The translations under genes were made by a program, and so were the position numbers. Shown in pieces: positions 13,963 through 30,074 of a stretch of 64,000 nucleotides of DNA (position 1 is the stretch's first letter; each line of letters opens with the position of its first letter). The DNA comes from the human T2T-CHM13v2.0 reference genome, Homo sapiens. The stretch lies in NCBI RefSeq assembly GCF_009914755.1, contig NC_060929.1. The stretch is one strand, 5' to 3'. Under the pieces are notes generated by a model that saw nothing but the letters and a program-made list of their open reading frames with translations, searched no databases and was not told the DNA's origin.

Positions 13963-14949
13963 TAAGTCATCTTTGTGGCTGCTGTCCCCGTGTTTGAGGT
14001 GTGGTGCGAACAAATAAAATACCAGGATGATTTGTCCTATCTCCCACAGTGTAACCACAGCACTGAGGTGGGAGAAGAGAGCAGAGGCAGAAGGAAGAGG
14101 GAGGAAGAGGAAGTAGTTGAGGCTCATTTTTCCTCTTCTCAGAAGTGGCTCTGAGGCAGTCACTTGCTATGCTTGTTCCCTGCACCCCATCTCAGGCACT
14201 CCAGACCCAAACTCATCTAAAAAACCCCCTGGATTTTTCCACTGACATCTACAATTTGGGAGCTTGGCAATTTGTTCTGCAAAGTGCTATTGTTCCTGAG
14301 TGTTAAGTGAGGCTGAAGGTACATCCCATTAGGAAGTGCTTATTTTTGGTGAAAAGAAAATGTGTGTATAGAGATGGTACAGATTGATAGTTATGTTAGG
14401 ACGCATCAGAAAGAAGACACTAAAGATTTAGTTACAATCGCAGTCATTGAACTAGCCATCCACATGACTCAGGGAGAAAATAAGGTTGTACAAATACTAC
14501 TTTCCCACTATGCAACTTTTGAATGAAAAAAATACCGAGCATGAGATTCACACTGCCTTTTAAGGTTTTTTTTTTCCTCTTAATATATCCGATGTATTAA
14601 CCCATGCTCTGGAATATTTTCCAGAATCTGAGTTCAATAGTTGCATCAATCCAGCCATAAATGTACTCTAAATTGCAAATTCCCTTGTTGAACACTTAGG
14701 TTATCTCCAATATTTTGCAAATATTAACAACACTGCAACGAACATCTTTGTATATTAATATTAAGGGTTTAAATGTTTTCAAGGTATGAGGTTATTATTA
14801 ATTTTAAAGTATAAAAAAGAAAACTGTCCTTGCAACATATAGATCATTTATGTCAACATTTTACTTAACTAACAGTAGAGAGAAATATACATAAAAAATA
14901 AGCCACCCTCCATTTGCCCCCACGTCAAGTCCAAAAGTAATCACTATTT

Positions 14950-15246
14950 GGCCGGGTGCACTGGCTCACGCCTGTAATCCCAGCAGTTTGGGAGGCCAAG
15001 GTGAGTGCATCACTTGAGGCCAGGAGTTTGAGACCAGCCTGGCCAACATGGTGAAACCCTGTCTCTACTAAAAATACAAAAATTAGCATGGTGTGGTGGC
15101 TCAAGCCTGTAATCCCAGCTACTCCACTGGCTGAAGCATGAAAATCACTTGAACCCAGGAGGGAGAGGTTGCAGTGAGCCAAGATGGTGCCACTTCACTC
15201 TAGCCTGAGCGACAGAGCAAGACTCTGTCTCAAAAAAAAAAAAAAA
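14950..15246 (+). mobile_element. AluS-type with TSD
   Basis: TSD aaaagtaatcactatt / aaaagtgatcactatt. Confidence 0.95.
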
Positions 15247-15441
15247 GTGATCACTATTAATACCTTCTTGTGTATCATAAATAAAAGTTATACCTGTGCA
15301 AATGCATCCTTTTTTCACTTGTACCAAGTGGATCCATTCTGTTCTGCATCTTGCTTTTAATTTTTAATGATATTAATACACATTGAAGATCTTTTCATAC
15401 CAGCACATGCAAATCTACCTCATTTTTAAAATAGTTGCATG

Positions 15442-15752
<311 letters not shown>

Positions 15753-15942
15753 TGCACAATCTTAGAATGTATGATTGTATTATTAGTATTTAAATAATCC
15801 TTTATGGTGAGACATTTAGTTGCCAGTTTATTTGTTTCCTCTGCTGTTTCAAACAAGGCTTTAATGAAGATCTTGTATTCATGTATCTTGGCCATCTTTG
15901 GAATACAAACATATATATATGATATATATTTATCACATTAGT

Positions 15943-16243
15943 TTTCCTTTTCTTTTTTTTGAGACAGGGTCTTGCTCTGTCACCCAGGTTGGAGCACAGT
16001 GGCACTCTCACAGTTCACTGCAGCCTTGACCTCTCAGGCTCAAGTGATCCTCCCATCTCAGACCCCTACAGAGCTGAGACTATAGGCACGCACCACCATG
16101 CCCAGATAATTTTTGAATTTTTTGTAGAAATGGGGTCTCATTATGTTGCCCGGGCTTGTCTCAAACTACTGTACTCGAGAAATTCTCCCGCTTTAGCCTC
16201 CCAAAGTAGTTGGGATTACAGGCATGAGCCACCATACCTGGCC
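15943..16243 (-). mobile_element. AluJ-type
   Basis: Reverse full dimer. Confidence 0.92.
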
Positions 16244-17731
16244 TATATGTCACATTTCTAACTGTGCAACAGTTAAGTCAGAGTATGTGATATCTTAATT
16301 TTGCCACATAATTTCCTCACAAAGCTTGCCAAATTTACCTTCCTGCTAACAGAGTTATGGAAGTGCCAAGACTGGGTATCATTGAACTTTTAAAAAAAGT
16401 CAATCTGATGGGTTAAAAAAAAAAAAGAGGGGCACAAATATCTTTAAGGATAAGACTTTACCTTTTACATACACCAGAATTTACATTTTCAAGGTGCCTT
16501 CTCTTTAAGTAGGCTTATCAACCCCATTACAGGGGGAGGAAAGACAGAAGTGAGACAGGGTAAAACGTGATGAGATTCAGAACCATGGTTTGAGAGGCAG
16601 TGTGGTTTGCTAGCTAAGAACAGACCCCAACTCCCCTCGTCTGGAACCTCCCTTTCTAGTTGATTCATGAAGACAATTGAGCTAGTCACATCACCTTCTC
16701 TCTGTCCATTATAGACAGGCCCATATCCGAAATAGGTTCAAGACTGTCTACAGGGTCTACAAACACCGAAGGGACCTAGAAATTCATTAGTTCAATCAAC
16801 TGACTTTACTTAGCACACCTAATGTACCAGGAAATTTGTTCTCCTAGGCCTTACTTCCCCAAATGACAGTTAAACCCTTCATTTGGTGACCTGTGGAAAG
16901 GCTTAACTATGCACTTCAAAGGGCATCAAAGAGGACACCCCAGCAGCCAGTCAGCATTATGGGAATTTCCCCAGTTTGCTTTGTGATAGTGTGGTATAGT
17001 GGAAAGCACACAAGATGGGGAGACAGAGGACTTGGACTTTATCAGCTACTCTTGTCATATGAAGCTGAGGATTCACAGATGACCATGTCATATGTGTGAC
17101 CATGTCATTCACAGATGACCAAGTCACTTTTCCTCTGTGAATCCATTTCGTGAACTGTAAAATGCAGCTGATAATGTCAGCTTTGTCTACGTCACAGTGT
17201 TGAGAAAATCAATGAGATAATGGAAGTGAAAGAGCTTTGGAAATTCTACATATCCACATACAACTATGAGAGTTACCATTTGTGTAGATGACCCAGCTTT
17301 GGGTGGCATATGCTATTCAAAAGCAAAATATTATTTGATGCATTAATATAATTGTAAAAGTATAGTATGGCAAAAGTAGACATAATTAAGGGAATTCCAA
17401 GAGTGATACAGAAGGAATGGCAAATTTCAGAATAAGCTGACTTTCTTCCGTTGGAATGGCTGCCTTGAGCACTGTATGAAGGATGATTCTGAGGGCAGAT
17501 GTCCAATTCTCCAAAGAAAGTATGCCATGATTGATTAGCAATGTCTGCCAGAGGAGTAAAATATAAGATGATCATCCTGTATTTGGCACCTACAGTCTTG
17601 ATTTCTTCACTCTTCACAACTCTGAACTGATTACACATTTCCCATAAACATAATCACTAGATTGAAAATTGGCCTTATTATAAGAAAATTAAAACATGTT
17701 ATGGAATAAAGAGCAATAAACTATCAGGCAT

Positions 17732-18067
17732 CTTTTTTTGTTTTGTTTTGTTTTTTTGTTTTTTTGAGACAGAGTCTTGCTCTGTCACCCAGGCCAGAGT
17801 GCAGTGGCACGATCTCAGCTCATGGCAACCTCCACACCACTGCCCCCACCCGCCACCACCCAGGTTAGGTGAGTCTCATGCCTCAATCTCCCAAGTAGCT
17901 GAGACTACAGGTGCATGCCACCACACCTGGCTAATTTTTATATATTTTCTAGAGACAGGGTTTCACCATGTTGCCCAGGTTTGTCTCAAACTCCTGAGCT
18001 CAAGTGATCCACCCACCTCAGCCTCCCAAAGTACTAGGATTACAGGTGTGAGCCACCACACCCAGCC
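17732..18067 (-). mobile_element. AluJ-type with internal C-rich expansion
   Basis: TSD tatcaggcatcttttt / tatcagtcatcttttt; extra caccactgcccccacccgccac in the right arm. Confidence 0.92.
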
Positions 18068-18677
18068 TATCAGTCATCTTTTTACAGATTGACAGAGTAT
18101 GGAGTATCTACTTAAACTAGATTTTAAGTATAATCTAGTTTAAGCCCTTCATTTGACGGGTATAAAGTCAGAGGTCCAGAGAGTAGAAGGGATGCCGCTT
18201 TCACCCTGTGGTATTAAATGAGATAATGAATGTGAAAGTGCTTTGAAAACTACAAAGTTATACACAAATGTAAAGAAGTTTGATATTCTTATTTTGTTTA
18301 TTATGTTTTTTGTTTATGCACAATTATTAATTCTTGCTCAAAAGTGACTCCTGATCCCCAAATCTAGCCTGGCTTTATCCTTTTTTTCTCGTGTTTATAC
18401 CGTTCATATCTGAAGAAGCTCAATTAGGGAGGCCTTAAATTAAAAAGCTTACAATGCCAACTGGTAGTGTCTTTTAGAATCTGTGGTTGGAAAGTCATCT
18501 TTTATATTTTAATTATTTTGGTTTCCTGACTATAAAATGATAGTACTAAAGTGGAAAAAATGTTGATTATCACACAAAAATGTTTCCTTATAGAAAATAG
18601 ACACTGAATATTAATCTTTTTTTCCAGTAGAGGAAATTTCACAATGAGGAGAACAGCAAACAGAGCTTTTTAAGTAA

Positions 18678-19086
<409 letters not shown>

Positions 19087-19243
19087 TACCAATTCTTGTA
19101 TTCTAAACTTTAAAATGTCTTATCGCAAATGCCAAATAATGTGATATTCCCCAATCTTTAAATGACTTTTAATGGATTAAACCTATAAAATGATATAAAA
19201 CTTAGTTCTATGTAAGTCTAAACATTAATTTTCCTTTTAACAG

Positions 19244-19309
19244 GCATGAAGGATATGTACCAAGCAGTTATCTGGTGGAAAAATCTCCAAATAATCTGGA
19301 AACCTATGA
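19244..19309 (+). CDS. ITK: ITK exon 7 (SH3 C-part), 66 nt
   Basis: taacag|GCATG...TATGA|gtaaga; HEGYVPSSYLVEKSPNNLETY(E); phase 2-2. Confidence 0.97.
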
Positions 19310-19359
19310 GTAAGATATTTTATTTGTTTTTGGAAAATACAGTCCTAAGGAATCCTCCT

Positions 19360-21300
<1,941 letters not shown>

Positions 21301-23287
21301 TTAATTACTCACTAAATATAAGATACCAGGCCTAAAGAATAAAGCTAATGAGGACACCTATTAACGCATTAGGGTTCTTAATTCAAATGTGGTCGTGTTA
21401 TTTGTTGCTGAAATTCTAGTAGATTCTTTAGTGAAGAACCGTCATTTTCTGGAGTCTCTCAACCTTGTTTGTTTTGATAAAGTATGTGTGAGTAGCCCTT
21501 CCCTCAGTGAACAGAAGGGTCATCAGTTCTAAGAATTTTTGAGCTGAAATAAAACATATAGGGTATATGCTTAAATAAAATAAAAAATCTTTATAGGCAA
21601 TACCTTTGAAGAAAAAACAATAAGCATTTATTTCAAATGACCACTAGGCTATGTAGTTTTGTTTGTTCAACTTTGCTTTTAATCAGAATCTCTTTGTTTA
21701 TGATCAAAGGAGCAAACTCAAAATTCCAACAGGATAAGCAATAGGAAATGGTGAGGTCTGGAGCAAATAAAAAAAGTCATTCACCCACCTAAAGGTATTT
21801 TAAGCCATTTTAAAAATAAAACACTATACCATGCAAACAAAACAATCTAGTTATACTGTGCACTTTCAGTTTGCATTCTCCAGATTATGAATCTCAGCTG
21901 GAAAATAACATGACTTACAAGCAAACATTCAGATATTTAGTATATAACTGGATATATGAAAGATTCCAGTATGATAACTTTTTATTCGTGAACTTAGTGT
22001 TGTCTAGTTTCAGGTGAGATCTGCCTAAGTACTTAAAAATGTACCACCTGGTAACATAGTCATGGGTTGGTAAATTGAATGGATTCAGGTCTCCTGCCTT
22101 GGTTTGCAGCCATGACCTTGGGCAAGTTACCTCACCCTATTTGAGTTCTGATCCCTTCTCCATAAAATGAATGCTCAGACAAGATGAAGGAAGGCAAATC
22201 ATGACTCTCTTGCTGGCATTCCCTTCCCATGCACTGAACTCAGGCAGACATCACCCTTTGATAGTGAAGCTATTTACCCACCATGCTGGTGACAACCTTT
22301 TCAATGCACAGCTCTAGGCAGCCACTACTATCGCTGATGGCCTGTGTGTGAGATGAAGCCTATATTTTCCCAATCCTCGATTAGATAATCTCTAAGAGCC
22401 CATGTTGGTGTCATGTACTGTTCTGTCTTATAATGTTCAAAACCTCTAACGAATCCATGAATTCCTTTAGTCATGGCTACTCTCAAGTAGCCAAACAAGT
22501 TTGTTAAGTGGTATTCCTTCCCTACCCAGAACTTCTCTCCTCCTGCATTTATTAATTTTCAAAACTGATTATTAACCGATGATCAGTCTGCCTCCTCTTA
22601 CCTAAAAAGCAGCCAGAGAGGTTAGGATGTGGCTAAATATTGTTAACAACATAAAAAAAAAACTTCATCCCTAAAAATCATTTATATTCTTCTTTACCAT
22701 TTTATAGTTGTTTTTCACCAGACAACAAAATTATAAAAATAATGCAATTACTTGGCAGAATGTCTGGAAGAGCAGTCTTAAAGAGGAAAATACTACAGTT
22801 GTTTTAAAAGGATATTTGCTAAACTTTCAAACTGGTATTACAATTTTATAGCTGCACTAGCACCCTCCTCCTTATAACGAACTGTCTACTGACTTATGAA
22901 ACGAAGAGGAAAATTAATGTTTTCTAAAACTTTATTTTAGAAAATTTCCAATGTATACAAAAGTAAAGATAATAATATAATGAATATCCATGTTCCCCAA
23001 ACCTAGCATCAACAATGATCAGTATTTTGCCAATTCTGTTTCATATGTTTCTTTCCAATTAAACATTTTAATACCTGGAAATGAATCATGCATTTGCTTT
23101 TGAGTTTAAACGCACTGGTAGAAACATACGTGTGCAGACTTGTTAAATAAATAAAATACACTTAAAATTTTTTTAAAGCACTGGTAGAAATAGAAAATGA
23201 CCATATGATTTTCTAGCATTGTCTTTTATAAGTAAATAATGAAACTTTAAAATATGTCATTGACATATGACTTTTCCTTGCTTTCAG

Positions 23288-23342
23288 GTGGTACAATAAG
23301 AGTATCAGCCGAGACAAAGCTGAAAAACTTCTTTTGGACACA
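23288..23342 (+). CDS. ITK: ITK exon 8 (SH2 start), 55 nt
   Basis: tttcag|GTGGTAC...GACACA|gtaagt; WYNKSISRDKAEKLLLDT. Confidence 0.97.
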
Positions 23343-23384
23343 GTAAGTCTCCTTAACCTGTCTTTTGACATAAAATAAAATGAA

Positions 23385-23606
<222 letters not shown>

Positions 23607-24881
23607 TCAGCTTTGCTGCGTTTTATGCCAATGCAGTGGGTTGACATGTTGGATTAACGATAGTTTTCATGTCTGGTGAAAATATTCTGGGAATTTACAG
23701 GACTAGCAAACCACAGGATAAGAAACCTGGGCTTGGCATTGACATGGAGACATCATCACCGCTGCAGCAGTCTTTGTGAGTGGTGATGGCTGGCCATGGG
23801 GTGCCATCAGGGCTGGTCAGTCATGCCTTCTTCTCAGTGTGGGTCAGAGATGTCTGTGACTCTGATTCGGCCTGACTCAGCTGTGAGTCCAGAGGAAACA
23901 TAGCACTTGTTTTAACTTACATTTCATCAACAGTTATCCTCTAAAGCCATGCAGTGTGCATAGCAGGACCGATTTTACTCAGGGATGTCAAGATTAAGGG
24001 CGAAAGGGAAGAGAAAAGTAGAAAAGATGGTATGGTGGGGCAGGTACTGGGCTCTAGTTCCTGTTATGTCACCAACTCATTGGGTGACTTTGGGGACCTC
24101 TCTTCTTCCTTCTGGGCCTCGGTTTCTCAGTGAGTAGAAGGGCAGAATTGGATTAAGTCAGGGATCACAGTTACCCAGCCCTCATCCTGCCACTTTCTGC
24201 TCCTTGTCCTGTGACCAACACAGCTGATCTCAGTCCATGGCATTGGGACTTTATTGGGAAACAAGACAAATGCAGAAAAAAGAGCAAGGGAATAATCTAA
24301 AATAAACTAAGGTAAACTCCAGAGGAGTTGGGAAAGATTCCATGAAGAAAAAGAAGTTGAGCTGAGTCCTTACTGAACTCTGGTCTCTCCTTGGCTCTAC
24401 ATCAACTCAGCACTTAATTATTTCCTGTGGGTTCCCCAAAAAAACACACATTAGAATTGCTGGGAAATGTTCAAAAATACAGATTCCCAGGTCCCACCCC
24501 AGATCCACAGAATCAGAGTCTCTAGTGTTAGTTCCCGGGAATCTGTACTTTCTCAAGTTAAATTTACAATGCAAATGTAGCCAACTCAAACCTGGCGCTG
24601 CCAGGCTGTGTTATTGGATAACAAAGTAGAACTTGATTAATATGAACTAATTGAGTGGAGTGCAAAATTAGCTAAAACTCTGAATTACACTGTGTTTAAA
24701 CAAGTATAGTTTTGTTATATTAATCACACATCAGTTAATGACGTCTATGGAGCACTTCAAACAGCCCACATTAATGACTTCTAAAAGATGATTCCTGTAT
24801 TACAGCAGTTCTTGTGAGGTGCTAAGTGCTAAGTACATTTTGCTTGCTCTGGCAGTTGAAACATTCCTCCTTACTGATACA

Positions 24882-24928
<47 letters not shown>

Positions 24929-25210
24929 AGACAGAGTCTCCCTCTGTCACCCAGGCTAGCATGTAGTGGCATGATCTCGGCTTACTGCAACCTCCGCTGC
25001 CTGGGTTCGAGTGATTCTCCTGCCTCAGCCTCCTAAGTAGCTGGGATTACAGGCATGTGCCATCACACCTAACTCATTTTTGTATTTTTACTAGAGACGG
25101 GGTGTCGCCCTGTTGGCCAGACTGGTCTCAAAACTCCTGACCTCAGGTGATCCGCCTGCCTTGGCCTCCCAGAGTGCTGGGATTACAGGCATGAGCCACC
25201 ACGCCCAGCC
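24882..25210 (-). mobile_element. AluS-type with (TA)n(T)n tail
   Basis: TSD cctccttactgata / cctccttactaata. Confidence 0.95.
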
Positions 25211-25448
25211 TCCTTACTAATATTTTGAGCTACTTTACCAAATTCTCTTCTCCTCCTTAGGTAAATATGAGGGCAAACATCAATGGGTCCCTGTCAGACT
25301 CAGCCCAGATTCTGGATAGAATTGAATGACATTTTCTTGCTATTTTTCACTTTTTTTGTGTGCTGTTTTTGAAACAATAGCTGTATTATTTCTAGGTGTA
25401 TTTAGAGTCTTTTTATCTAATAAGTATAGGACCTTTAAGAGATGAATT

Positions 25449-25873
25449 CCTGCATAGTATTCCATGGCGTATATGTGCCACATTTTCTTTGTCCAGTCTA
25501 TCATTGATGGGAATTTGGGTTGGTAAAAGGATGAGTTCATGTCCTTTGCAGGGACATGGATAAAGCTGGAAAACATCATTCTCAGCAAACTAACACAGGA
25601 ATAGAAAACCAAACACTGCATGTTCTCACTCATAAGTGGGAGATGAACAACAAGAACACATGGACACATCACACACCAGGAACATGGATACATCACACAC
25701 CAGGGTCTGTCAGTGGGTGGGGGGCTAGGGGAGAGATAGGATTAGGAGAAATACCTAATGTAGATGACAGGTTTATGGGTGCAGCAAACCACCATGGCAC
25801 ATGTATACCCATGTAACAAACCTTCATGTTCTGCACATGTACCCCAGAACTTCAAGTATAATAATAATAAAAA
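25449..25873 (+). mobile_element. 5'-inverted (twin-primed) L1PA 3' end
   Basis: 25449-25523 antisense L1, 25524-25873 sense L1 with poly(A); TSD aagagatgaatt. Confidence 0.9.
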
Positions 25874-27019
25874 AAGAGATGAATTGATTCATTACACCTT
25901 TTTATGAACTAAAACTCCTGGTGTACTGCCCCATACATATTTCGCCACTAGACTATAAACAATTTATCTTGTTCCTGCTGTACTTAGGCACCCAAAAGTG
26001 TATCTAGCACCTTGTAGTTGTTCAATAAATATTTGTTGAATGAATGAATGAATACACTGAAGGCTTAATAAATGTTTTTAAACTAACAACTCCACTTAAG
26101 GGGGACCTGGGTGATCATAAGCATCACTGCAGGAGCTTTTTAAAAATACAAATTCCTGGACTCCAGGCCTATCCAGTCAGAACCTCAAGAGGTGGCACCC
26201 AAGTTATTCTGGGACTTACCTACATTTGGGAGCCACTAAAAAGCATCTCCTAATGTGCCATATCAGTTCTTCCAATGTTGCCTCCTCCCAGAAGTCTCTC
26301 ATGCCTTCCCTCGCCCTAGCTATGGAACGTGGTTTTTCTTGTCTTTGAACCTTTATGGGTCAAATGTTATTATCAGTATTATTACTTCTCCAGTGGCTCT
26401 GTTCTCACTCTGCCTCCAATCTCAGCAGTTTCTCTTCTGTCTTTACCCATCTAGGTAGATGGTAAATTCCTTGCAAGTGGGTAACTCTCTTAGAACACCT
26501 TACAACATCTCACACATAGGGTGACCTGAAGTTCAGACATTCTAAAGTGTCATTGAAGACTCAATGTTGACTTAATAATTGGTTTGTTTCAAGAGAAGAA
26601 AAGCACCACCTCCAGAATGAAAGATGGCTGTATTTCAGAGACACTCTTAAAGTATAATGCAGCATAACAAGACTATGAATTATCAGTCCATCTGTTCACA
26701 ATAACTTACCCTGTGTGTTGAGATTATCTTCTGAAAGGTCACCTTCAAATTATATGAACAGAAAGAAAGAAAAATACTCCTAACACAACCAACATGTCTC
26801 AGATGGAGACTGACAATGGAATAATTACTTCCAATAAGTAGCAAACTTAGCATGTGATAATAATGGCCAATAATACTCTAATAGTTCTTGTCCTAGTATT
26901 GTATTCCAGGAGCAATTCTAGGCACATTACCTCAGTTCTCCCATCAACCTTCCAAAGGTCATTTTACAGATGAGGAAACTGAAGCTCATACAGTTACTCA
27001 TCTTTATAAGTTCCTTTTA

Positions 27020-27319
<300 letters not shown>

Positions 27320-27869
27320 TCCTTTTAAACCCAGAGATTCTGGAATTCAAACAAATAGCATGGGCCACTGTCTGTGTGTGTACACAGATATGTGCCCACA
27401 GGCAAACCATCATTTTAGTTGTGGGATAGAAGGATTTGTGTTGTTGTAGTTTCTATATACTTTGTTCCTTATACTCCAAGTGTATGCCCTCCGCACAAGG
27501 ATCTTGTCTAACTCTGACCTTTACTTAGGGCCCTCATTGTGACTAAGTTAAGTGAATCATAATATTTGGCTTAACAAATGTTACCAGTGCAAGTTTACAG
27601 CGGGGTAGGAACAGAGTGTTAGATAGGAAGTACTTAAAATAGACTTCAGATTTTTTAATTTCCACCAAGAATGAATAAAATGGTATGTCCATTTATTAGT
27701 GCTTATTTCATCAGTGCTGGCAAAACTGTCAGGGTGGCGAAAGTTACATTCTCAGGGCACTCCCTTCTTCCCACCTCTCTCATGAAACCAGGAGCTTAAT
27801 GTTCTTTTTCCTTCCGCCCTGCAGCCAAATTCTCATTCTGGAAAGGGCCTAAGAAATATATTATCATTA

Positions 27870-28475
27870 AGAGAATCCTTATACACTGTTGGTAGGAATG
27901 TTCATTAGTTCAGCCCCTGTGGAAAGCAGTTTGGTGATTTCTCAAAAAACTAAAAATAAAATTATTATTCAACCCAGCAATCCTATTACAGGGTATATAC
28001 CCAAAGGATAATAAATTATTCTACCTAAAAGACACCTGCACTATTCATAATAGCAAAGACATGGAATCAACCTAGGTGCCTATCAACAGTGGACTGGATA
28101 AAGAAAATTTGGCACATGTACACCGTGGGGTAACATGCGCCCTGAAAAAGAACAAAATTGTGCATTCTGCAGCAACATAGATGCACCTGGAGGAATTATC
28201 CTAAGTGAATTAACACAAAAATGGAAAACCAAACACCACATGTTCTCACTTATAAGTGAGAGCTAAACAGACATCAAGATAGTAACAATAGACAGTGGGG
28301 ACTCCAAAAGTTGGAAGGAATGGAGAGTGGCAAGGATAGAAAAACTACCTATTGGGTAATATGTTCACTATCTAGCAAATGGGTTCAATAGAAACCCAAA
28401 TCTCAGCAACACGCAATATGTCCATGTAACAAACCTGCACACATACTCCCTGAATCTAAAAAATTTTTAAAAGTT
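27870..28475 (+). mobile_element. Older L1 (L1PA-old/L1MA-like) ORF2 end and 3' UTR
   Basis: acccagcaatcc...atagcaaagacatggaatcaacc...tgtaacaaacctgcac motifs. Confidence 0.8.
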
Positions 28476-29038
28476 ATATATTCCCATTAAGACACTGATG
28501 AAGTTTTCAGGACAGTTTTGTGCCTTTGTAGGGAAATGGAGAAGCAGCTTCTAACATTCTTTGAAAGGAGGCATCCTGGAGTAGTAGACCAAGGCTGGGC
28601 TTTGCTCACATACCAGAGTTCAAATCCGAATTCTGTCACTTTCTAGTTGTGGGTCGTGGGAATGCCACTTAAGCTCTCTGGCACTCAGTGTCATTGGCGG
28701 TTAAGGATACCAATATCCAGATGGCAATATTGTGGTAAGAGTTGGAAAATATCTGTAAAGAGTCTGATACATGGGGAGCTCTAAAAGGGCAGAGCTTATG
28801 TCTCTGTCTCCATTCATGGTTCATGTCAGCATGAGAACAGTCTGGGATCCATGTAGGAGACCAAGAAATATCTACGGAAGGACAGGAGTAAATGAAACGG
28901 TAGCCATTCTTACTGAAATCTGCTCTATGCCAAGTGGGCCTACAGTATTTCCTCCTTCTGTGGGCAAGAAAGTGGAGCTGGAGGCATAAGCCTGGTTTCC
29001 TGAGATCACTAACTTTCCATTCTTTCTAACCATTCCAG

Positions 29039-29121
29039 GGCAAAGAAGGAGCCTTCATGGTAAGGGATTCCAGGACTGCAGGAACATACACCGTGTCTGT
29101 TTTCACCAAGGCTGTTGTAAG
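29039..29121 (+). CDS. ITK: ITK exon 9 (SH2, FMVRDS phosphotyrosine-binding motif), 83 nt
   Basis: ttccag|GGCAAA...GTAAG|gtatgg; GKEGAFMVRDSRTAGTYTVSVFTKAVV(S). Confidence 0.97.
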
Positions 29122-30074
29122 GTATGGAGCTAACTCTGCTCAGCAAAGTGGAGAGAAACACTTCTGAAGTGTGTGAGCACTGGGGAAAAGACAACAAAGT
29201 TAGACAGTGCAAGAGGTAGAGGCTCACTAGAAATGGTCTGTTTTCCCTCTTTACTCCGAGAAAACCAAAGCCATGGAGATCAAGGATAGAACTTAAGAGA
29301 CTTAGAAAGTGACAGAGCTGGGAGTGGATGCCAGGTCCTCTTTCAATTAGCATCTCCAATTTTAGAGTTCTAAAGACATAAAATACTTGGCACTGTATTG
29401 GATGAGTATATAATTTAATACATAGAATAACAGAAGAGATATTTCTATCTGGAAGCAAAAATATATGAACTCCAGTTCTGGCTCTGCTCATAAAACTACC
29501 TACCATTAACTGAGTCTTTATTATGTGCCAGAAAATATGCAGACCATTTCCAATCCTAAGAAGCCCTGAAGGCAGGTATTACTATGCTCATTTCACACAG
29601 AAGAAACCGAGGTTCAGGAGCTGATGGTGCCTCCCTATGGCCGTGGGTCTGAAGGGGCCAAGCCACATCCAGGCTCCAGCCAACTGGACTGCAAGATCCT
29701 TCCTGCTTTTCTGCCCCTCTGTACCTGTTTCTTCTCTGTAAAACAATGCCTAAGAACCTATCTAGGTCTCAAATTCCCTTCTAATTAGAACATTTGTTAG
29801 AACTAAGCTGTTTGACAATGACCAAAGTGCAGTCAGAATTAAGAGAAGAGACAAATAATTTTTAAGGTGTCTTCGGAAAATTTTTTTGGAAGACTGAGGA
29901 TGTGAGCAGGACGTGGAGCAAGGGCAGGTGGCAAAGAGGAAGGGCCCGATCCAGGGATGGGAGGGAACACAGTGTACATCACAGAGGGGCCGTGCCTCTA
30001 CCATGGCTGGGAGACAGTAAGGAGGTGACCTGCAACCCCACAGGTATGACGGAGAAGGGATGAAACAAAGTCTG

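Noticed and set aside
29009-29506. 165-aa minus-strand ORF antisense to ITK exon 9
   Set aside because: No recognisable motif, runs through MIR-like intronic sequence, and shows no promoter or splice support; treated as a chance ORF.
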